From: an uncultured virus (IMG/VR IMGVR_UViG_3300043567_001092)
Taxonomy: Duplodnaviria; Heunggongvirae; Uroviricota; Caudoviricetes
IMG/VR virus record: IMGVR_UViG_3300043567_001092
Reading direction: 5' to 3' (one strand)
Length of the DNA: 62,719 nt
Positions within the stretch are counted from its first letter, which is position 1, and each line of letters opens with the position of its first letter. The notes beneath the pieces are model-generated. The model did no database searches. It saw only the letters and a list, made by a program, of their open reading frames with translations, and was not told the DNA's origin. Shown here piece after piece: positions 57,501 through 62,719 of the stretch. The position numbers and the translations under genes are program-made.

Positions 57501-57668
57501 GTAATAATTAGGATCTTCTAAGAGATGATCTCTAGCTATTTCTGAGGCAACTTGTTTGTTTTCGGTATGCTCTTTTTCATGGGTAGCTCCTTCGTCCAAT
57601 TTCTCTTGGTCAAAGTCTTTTTTAGGAATATTGTCTGCTGCCCCACCGGGAAGTATGTCTTTAGTCAT
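54591..57668 (-). CDS. Multi-domain late protein with DUF5661-like N-terminus and two HExxH motifs
   Basis: EKEHT..EIARDHL.EDPNYYKKL, HEALH, HEFGH, recurrent YFKxLxxKS linkers. Confidence 0.65.
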   Translation of the reverse strand: MTKDILPGGAADNIPKKDFDQEKLDEGATHEKEHTENKQVASEIARDHLLEDPNYYKKLKAIESKKYFKKKLEKAILNKSNNLEKMSRPRITFPKMGLDTRPDQNVQLLEEPQQVKLFGRKIADQQIKDFENKKGIKLKPENRTKEMKRLSGAPARRLGRDTLGLNYSLDTRDISGALAGKARSKYEAPDEEYSQKIKDNADKYQEAKTKSFDDYDKWRKEVSNYAPGSTEYYNHIAKRPKMPTAPRKPSKKKVETKDLSPEQIKARGQAVDSTIEHEALHGLLGQVERKYGSHVYGKVVKDLLNQYSPDTLKTLSDWVENRGYKRNRGSFNQELLTHARDLLVNAEKRKSFKNYLTRTIRDNPNDHYDKHIKNLKQGHQKSYEYAQNLTPEAFGNWIPNSENLKVAADKFGKSESYFKDLLNKSEDLEKTSKNIKAQRKKLFGTQGNPNPKSKFGQKQIEQQKKFSQLRYKKDIVPSKGKINQKTGERKVGSIEGTDKPDWRGGNLESQWNPGAITHEFGHLEQMPEGRTPHQHQTVMDKEVGESVKMGGGPTASFKHPSEVQARAVENPLRRRMGLPPLTTNVKVKENEPKRIVIGTEDQPAAVRYEDKKGQLVDQLKSGKLLSPEMKERTDMIDSGELAFDPNKNTWVKGTSIDSKINARARAANKYFKKLINKSEIIFIINDPESYTLEKAIPRAIGEKHPEQPWIAAKHPNGVTMWHSDKQKADKDDEILNNTNRIDHFANTLPKRHQALFRGIINSIKKDPNRHFIPTEENGVQKLRARHIKSLLSGQDGVTLDSSNPDVLTITRHSHSQGKNQGLPPIKISFKGVSSGNVEKNERRTAFGTSTNVFRRLYKHILQAGESLSKKEAEKQDTSAEDSKVSGIELDSNGIYNADGRDSNTTSWSTKTNLGENVMKNEILKPNSAFRDMMNKRKQAKETQRQADLKAFYDAKGQEVPEHLKTPQAPSALNYQDIKAEHRRNKGRFKAADIKEQKARLDAIFAPKTNKLSFNDIKKLSVKKKD
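54929..55168 (-). CDS. Possible nested out-of-frame gene (79 aa)
   Basis: GGAG 6 nt before a GTG start, protein-like sequence. Confidence 0.4.
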   Translation of the reverse strand: MEMLKRMNEEQLLELVLMYLDDYTSTFSKQERAYLKKRLKNKIPLQKIVKFRGSNWILTEYIMPTGEILTQLPGQPRPI

Positions 57669-57675
57669 ATTAATT

Positions 57676-57683
57676 AGATTAGG
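57676..57683 (-). promoter_or_regulatory. Putative late promoter motif CCTAATCT
   Basis: 7 nt upstream of ATG 57668, no RBS in between. Confidence 0.65.
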
Positions 57684-57727
57684 TAGTTGTAATGTTTATA
57701 GTTTCTTTATATTCTATACCATAAAAA

Positions 57728-58663
57728 TTAATACGTTTTAATAACTTTATGGCCATTTTTAAGTTCAGCCGGATGAAATTTTAAATTAACATCTTTTGCT
57801 GAAAAAGAAGGTCCTAATTTAGAGAATTGGTCCCACATTTCTTTATCAACAGAGATGTGCGGCAGGAAGTGTGAGAACTTAGGTCCCATATCTTTTGCGT
57901 GTTCTCTAATTTGGTGAATTCTATTTGGTAATCCATAAACCAATAGTACATGGTGTGTTGCGCCATCTAATCCTTGTAACTTGTGTGGCATTAAGGTTAT
58001 TTTGCTTGTGTCTATTGGCTTATGCAAATTATGATCATTTAAAATATTGTGAACTTGGTTTATATCGGCATTATTTCCAAATGCTTTAACTGTCATGTGA
58101 ATTGGATAGTTATTTTCTTGCCTAACAGATTTATTACCAAATGACACCGGATGGAAGAGAATGGTTGAATTGCTTATATCGGCAGGTTTAACGCTTTTTA
58201 ATAGTAATTCATTGAATTCTGGATGTTCATGCAATTGTTTTGCTTTTTTTTCAAATTCTGCTTTTTTTATTTTAGCCATTCGACCTTCATTAAAGGCTTT
58301 TGCATCAGGAGTTTGGTCGGGCGACGGTATGTAATCCTTGCCAGACAATTTCATTGCTGCGTTTACTAAAGAGGTTCCATGACCCTGCCTTCTGTGGTCT
58401 TCATGAACTTCTATGTTAATTGGCATAATTCCTGCTTTTTTATGAGTCACAGCAAGGAAGCCAATTTTGTTATTATTTTTATGAATTTTAACAATAAAAT
58501 CATTTTGTTTTGGATCAAACTTTTTTGCTCCAAGCATAAACGGTTCTACAGTTATTTTTGTTTTTGATTTTTCAGATTTAGCGATTTCTTCGTTTATTTT
58601 TAAATCTTTTAATTCGTTAATGTATTCTTGGGTATGTCTTTTAAAATTTCTCATTGGTGCCAC
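57728..58663 (-). CDS. GNAT-like plus 2H phosphoesterase (Acb1-like) fusion
   Basis: IEVHEDHRRQGHGTSL (GNAT motif A), HMT and HIS (the two HxT/S motifs). Confidence 0.72.
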   Translation of the reverse strand: MAPMRNFKRHTQEYINELKDLKINEEIAKSEKSKTKITVEPFMLGAKKFDPKQNDFIVKIHKNNNKIGFLAVTHKKAGIMPINIEVHEDHRRQGHGTSLVNAAMKLSGKDYIPSPDQTPDAKAFNEGRMAKIKKAEFEKKAKQLHEHPEFNELLLKSVKPADISNSTILFHPVSFGNKSVRQENNYPIHMTVKAFGNNADINQVHNILNDHNLHKPIDTSKITLMPHKLQGLDGATHHVLLVYGLPNRIHQIREHAKDMGPKFSHFLPHISVDKEMWDQFSKLGPSFSAKDVNLKFHPAELKNGHKVIKTY

Positions 58664-61110
58664 TTTCCGTTGATAATTTCATTTGGCATAAGCCCAGCTT
58701 TTTGTTCTGCGTAAATTGTATTTGCTGGATTTGCTTTGTTATGTGCAGCATTTTTACCATAATTTACAACACTGTTTTGGCCCATTGTTTCTGAAGCCAA
58801 AGCTTTTTGAGCCAATGGAGAAAACATTTCTTTATGTGCCAAGTAGCTCGTGTGTTCACCCTTTGGACCAAACGTGCTATTAGTTAACCCATGGCCAAAA
58901 GCATCGTGGACAATTCTAAAGACATCGTTAGCTAGCATTGGCCTATTTTCGTGCATAAATTGAGTTTGCTGTAACAATGGGTGGTTTTTGCTTTGCTCAT
59001 TAGATCCATATCCTTGTTCTGTAGGATAATACCATAGATGATTGTTGACATGCAGATCATGTAGCATGTCCTTTGAGGTTTTGTATGGATTTTCTTGATT
59101 GGGTTGCATTTTAGAAATTTTAAGCCCATTATTAATTAAATGATTAAACTGCTTTCCAGTCTCATTAATTAGAGCGCCGTACGCTGCTTTAACGTCTGGA
59201 TGTTCTGGATTATGTGGCATTGCTTCGTACGCCGCAGCTATTTTAGATCCATGTTCTGGATTTAAACTTACATTATAATTATGGCTTAATTTCATTCCGT
59301 TTAAGTTGGCATAATCTTCTGCCACATTTTTAATATGACTACTTGTTTTAATCAAATTAGATTTAATTAATTTTTTGAAATAACTTTTAACTTTCTTTTC
59401 CATTGGATAACCAACATCTAAAGAAAACCTTACCATTTTCCCATTTGGAAGTTTTATTTCTGAATAGTTATCATTTAGGTGAGACCCTATGACATGGCCA
59501 GACCCACCTTCTGGTGGATTATAATCAGCATGCTTAGTAGTATGTTCTTTGTGGCTTCCAGACGTAGATTGTATATGAGCTTTTTGTTTATATTTATCTG
59601 CCAATTCAGACGCATCTTTTGTTGATAAGTTGTGTACCATTACACTTGGCTCGGCATCTGTTCCAAACCATTTTCCACCGACTGGCGTATAACTATAACC
59701 CTTTTGATTTAGTTCATTTAAAAGATTGTTATGGTTTTGTTGCGACTGCTCAGGAGTCATTGTATTTGTATGGCCAGTTAATAAAGAGAAATTGCCATTT
59801 TTAAGATATTTATCTACATCTTGTTCGTTTTGAAATGGACTAATTTCGGTTTTTTTTAATTCAGATTTTAAAACTTGCTCTTCATGTACTGGATGTGTAT
59901 GATATAATTGTACCACTTGCGTTTCTGGTCTCATCGACCATTTTACGCCATTATATCCATTCTGCTTTAAAAGTCCATGAAATAAATCCTCGTTCCATGC
60001 ACCTTGATTGCTTTGTAAAACTTGTTGAGCGTAATTATTTGGATCTTTGTCATAATCATATACGTTTTCTGGCATCTTAACAGTATATTTAGATTTAGCA
60101 TTTTGTGTGACTAAATCCTCTGGTTTTGAATCTTGGGTATAAAAAAATGATGATTTATTCTCTGGAACGCCTCTTTTGTATTGAGCGCCCTTGACACCAG
60201 ATCCCATTTTAAGTGGGTCTATTTGTTTTAGACCACTCTGTGAGCTATAATGAATTAAATTCGGATTATTCTGATTATGAGACGAGTCCTTAGCTAATGA
60301 TTTTAAGGATTTGTATCCTTTTTCTGAAGCTGCTAATTTTTCTGTCTTATTGGTGGTTTTAAGGCCCTGACTTGCAGCCTTTTTAATATCGCTATCAGAA
60401 TGTTTTTCCCAATAGCTGGCGTGTTGCCAAAGGTCCCATTTACCGCCATGGCCAACTTTATTAAATTCTTTTTCTCCAACATCATCATGTTTAACTTTGA
60501 TTTTGTGCTTTGTCTTATCTTCAGTTTTTGTCGCCGTTACAACCCCAGTCTTTGGAATACTTCCAGGTAGTGCGGATTTCTCTTTTACTTTATCGCCTGC
60601 TTTAAATGGATGAGGAGTTTTTACTTTTTTTTCTTCTGATTTAGTAATTGTAGGAGGCAGAGAATGCTCTTCTTCTTTTGGACCTTCTACAGAACCATCT
60701 GGGTCTGGTGGTCTAGAGCCACTTTTTTGCCAATCAATAAGTATATTATTGGTAGGAAACTTCATTGAATCGTGGTTATTTGGGTCTAGAAATTTATGCG
60801 ACACAAATTCTTGATCTGGATCTTTTGATGCGTCAAACTTATAATCTTTTGGGCAAATTCCGTGAAAAAGAGTTACGTAAGAGTCGCCGTATTCGCCCTC
60901 ATGAACCTTATCAAGTTTAATGCCAGACAGTCCTGCCTCTTCTTCAAGTTCTCTATGTGCCGCTTCTAGTGGAGTCTCTCCGTCATTAGAATGGCCACCT
61001 GGCAAAGTCCAAGTAGATTCTTTTCTATCTAGACCGTGCATATAAAGATTTGGAGCATCTGGGTGCTGTAAAGCTATAACTGAGACTTTTTTATGATATT
61101 GATCACTCAT
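58651..61110 (-). CDS. Multi-domain late protein with N-terminal NUDIX hydrolase
   Basis: Complete Nudix box GHSNDGETPLEAAHRELEEEAGL, then further domains including C-terminal NDVFRIVHDAFGH. Confidence 0.78.
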   Translation of the reverse strand: MSDQYHKKVSVIALQHPDAPNLYMHGLDRKESTWTLPGGHSNDGETPLEAAHRELEEEAGLSGIKLDKVHEGEYGDSYVTLFHGICPKDYKFDASKDPDQEFVSHKFLDPNNHDSMKFPTNNILIDWQKSGSRPPDPDGSVEGPKEEEHSLPPTITKSEEKKVKTPHPFKAGDKVKEKSALPGSIPKTGVVTATKTEDKTKHKIKVKHDDVGEKEFNKVGHGGKWDLWQHASYWEKHSDSDIKKAASQGLKTTNKTEKLAASEKGYKSLKSLAKDSSHNQNNPNLIHYSSQSGLKQIDPLKMGSGVKGAQYKRGVPENKSSFFYTQDSKPEDLVTQNAKSKYTVKMPENVYDYDKDPNNYAQQVLQSNQGAWNEDLFHGLLKQNGYNGVKWSMRPETQVVQLYHTHPVHEEQVLKSELKKTEISPFQNEQDVDKYLKNGNFSLLTGHTNTMTPEQSQQNHNNLLNELNQKGYSYTPVGGKWFGTDAEPSVMVHNLSTKDASELADKYKQKAHIQSTSGSHKEHTTKHADYNPPEGGSGHVIGSHLNDNYSEIKLPNGKMVRFSLDVGYPMEKKVKSYFKKLIKSNLIKTSSHIKNVAEDYANLNGMKLSHNYNVSLNPEHGSKIAAAYEAMPHNPEHPDVKAAYGALINETGKQFNHLINNGLKISKMQPNQENPYKTSKDMLHDLHVNNHLWYYPTEQGYGSNEQSKNHPLLQQTQFMHENRPMLANDVFRIVHDAFGHGLTNSTFGPKGEHTSYLAHKEMFSPLAQKALASETMGQNSVVNYGKNAAHNKANPANTIYAEQKAGLMPNEIINGKWHQ

Positions 61111-61652
61111 ATCTTGCTACCCTTTGATAAATTATCCTTAGAAGATAGAATTTGTAAATTCCACGGAACGTGTAATCCACATCCTATATGATCACCATTT
61201 TCGTTTTTAAGAGTGAGTGGATATATATGGTCAACATGAAAAACAGTATCAGATTTACTTAATTCATTGGCAGTTTTATAATACCCTTTAATATGTTTTT
61301 TTTGAACTTTATTTAGCCATATAGGGGTGGCTATTTTAAATCTTTTCTTTCTTATTCTAACATCTACTCGGAACTGTCCTCTTCTTGAGGCGTTTGCCTT
61401 TTCTCTTTGTTTCTTAGCCCACTCTGGATTTTTTTCTTTATACAGCCTATTGTTTTTTAAAATACTATTATAATTTTTTTCTCTGTATAATTTAGAAAAA
61501 GCTTTTCTTATTTCTATAGATTTCTCTCTATTCTTAATAACCCATTTTAGTCTAGAAATATTTCTATTTTCTGCAAAGCATGCGTCACAGAACATTTTGT
61601 GTGTTCCTTTAGACTTTGAAAATTTAAAACATTTATTACACAGTATAGTCAT
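61107..61652 (-). CDS. HNH endonuclease (free-standing homing type)
   Basis: HVDHIYPL..GLHVPWNLQIL..NLSK, N-terminal CxxC..CxxC. Confidence 0.9.
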   Translation of the reverse strand: MTILCNKCFKFSKSKGTHKMFCDACFAENRNISRLKWVIKNREKSIEIRKAFSKLYREKNYNSILKNNRLYKEKNPEWAKKQREKANASRRGQFRVDVRIRKKRFKIATPIWLNKVQKKHIKGYYKTANELSKSDTVFHVDHIYPLTLKNENGDHIGCGLHVPWNLQILSSKDNLSKGSKI

Positions 61653-61654
61653 AT

Positions 61655-62614
61655 CTAATCTTTTTCTGTTTTCCAGCCTTGTTTTTGAGCAAGGCTTTGG
61701 TATGCTTCTGGTGTTCTAGGTCCATCAATTATTTTTACGCCGCCAGTAACTTTTCCTAGTTTAGGAGCAGCATATCTAATAAATGTGGCTTCAACTACAC
61801 ATTCAAGTTGGGCCATACAAGTAAAAATTAATTCAATACCATCAAATGACGGATTAACATCAACCGAACCTACAGAAAAAGTACTAAGCTCTAATCCGCG
61901 TCTCTCTAAGTATGCTTCTTTGTATCTTAAAAATATATATTGTATTATTTGTCTAAGCCATAAAACTTGTTGAGTGTCACTTTGTGCGTGAAGTCCTATA
62001 GAAAAAGTTTCATGAAGGTAAGTTACCCCTTGCTCTAAATTCCACAAAGATAATGCAGGTACGATATAGCAATTAGTGAAATCGTCATTTGTATTATCTG
62101 CTATTTTAAAAGTTGTATCGTCTATAACTTTTTCTATTACATATGCTTTTGATGATTTTTTAGAAACCAAGAATTGGCCTGGAGAAACAGCAAACGTAGT
62201 TAATCCAGTTGGCAATGAAACTTCGCCAATTGATTTGTTATATGCTTTAGGAGTGAATTGATCAATTACATTAACAATTTGTCTATTAATTGACTGTGGC
62301 TCAATCTCTTCAGTATAAATTTGATCATCTGCCAATGAGGTTCTATCTAATGCTTCTCTAGATGATGTTCTAACTACTGTGATACATGGCATTTTAGGGG
62401 TGTCGACTCTATTATTGAAATAGACTGGAATTGATGTTTCCATAAACCAAGATTTAGCAGCATATACTTCAGCATAGCCAGAATCTTTTGATGTTAGCGG
62501 ATCGTTTGCAAGACCTGCAAAAATATCCTCTAATATCCAGCTGTTAGACCTTAAATCGGCTAATGCTGCCTCTATTGCTGATTTTACTGCTAGATCTGAA
62601 GCTAAAATGCCCAT
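61655..62614 (-). CDS. Putative neck / tail-completion protein
   Basis: P.MPCITV motif, late context upstream of the sheath region. Confidence 0.5.
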   Translation of the reverse strand: MGILASDLAVKSAIEAALADLRSNSWILEDIFAGLANDPLTSKDSGYAEVYAAKSWFMETSIPVYFNNRVDTPKMPCITVVRTSSREALDRTSLADDQIYTEEIEPQSINRQIVNVIDQFTPKAYNKSIGEVSLPTGLTTFAVSPGQFLVSKKSSKAYVIEKVIDDTTFKIADNTNDDFTNCYIVPALSLWNLEQGVTYLHETFSIGLHAQSDTQQVLWLRQIIQYIFLRYKEAYLERRGLELSTFSVGSVDVNPSFDGIELIFTCMAQLECVVEATFIRYAAPKLGKVTGGVKIIDGPRTPEAYQSLAQKQGWKTEKD

Positions 62615-62637
62615 TGTTTACGTCTCCACCTAAACTA

Positions 62638-62645
62638 AGATTAAG
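62638..62645 (-). promoter_or_regulatory. Variant late motif CTTAATCT
   Basis: One mismatch, upstream of 62614. Confidence 0.5.
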
Positions 62646-62719
62646 ATTTTATATAACACTTATATTATAGCAGGTTTTTAGCTTCTTGACAATTCGTTTT
62701 CTATTTCTTTTACCATTTT

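Noticed and set aside
1..62719. Alternative genetic code (stop-codon reassignment) as the cause of the many short ORFs
   Set aside because: Long genes are intact in code 11, and all three stops terminate genes. The short ORFs change frame at ATGA overlaps and each restarts with the same tag.
1..62719. tRNA, rRNA or other structured RNA genes
   Set aside because: None recognised by eye, and intergenic gaps are short. A tRNAscan/Infernal run would be needed to exclude them.

Overview
AT-rich segment of a large contractile-tailed (myovirus-type) phage genome using the standard genetic code. The minus strand carries the virion module: three tail-collar fibre paralogs, very large baseplate/fibre proteins, hub, spike, tape measure, chaperones, holin-like genes, tube, sheath, a neck/tail-completion-like gene, and multi-domain proteins with NUDIX, GNAT, 2H-phosphoesterase and HExxH domains. 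Most late units are preceded by a conserved CCTAATCT motif. Interleaved islands with sigma70-type promoters carry accessory genes. The standout is a family of about 47 paralogous 56-82 aa microproteins that share an N-terminal M-[KR]-K-R-x-Q-[IL] tag and a degenerate 4-residue Q-L-x-x periodicity. 31 of them form one translationally coupled array (5626-11554), and the rest cluster mostly around a divergently transcribed MoxR-like AAA / vWA-peptidase / DUF6745-like locus. One member is a near-perfect 12-nt tandem repeat bracketed by a 33-bp direct repeat, which suggests how new members arise. All family assignments come from motif recognition by eye, not database searches.
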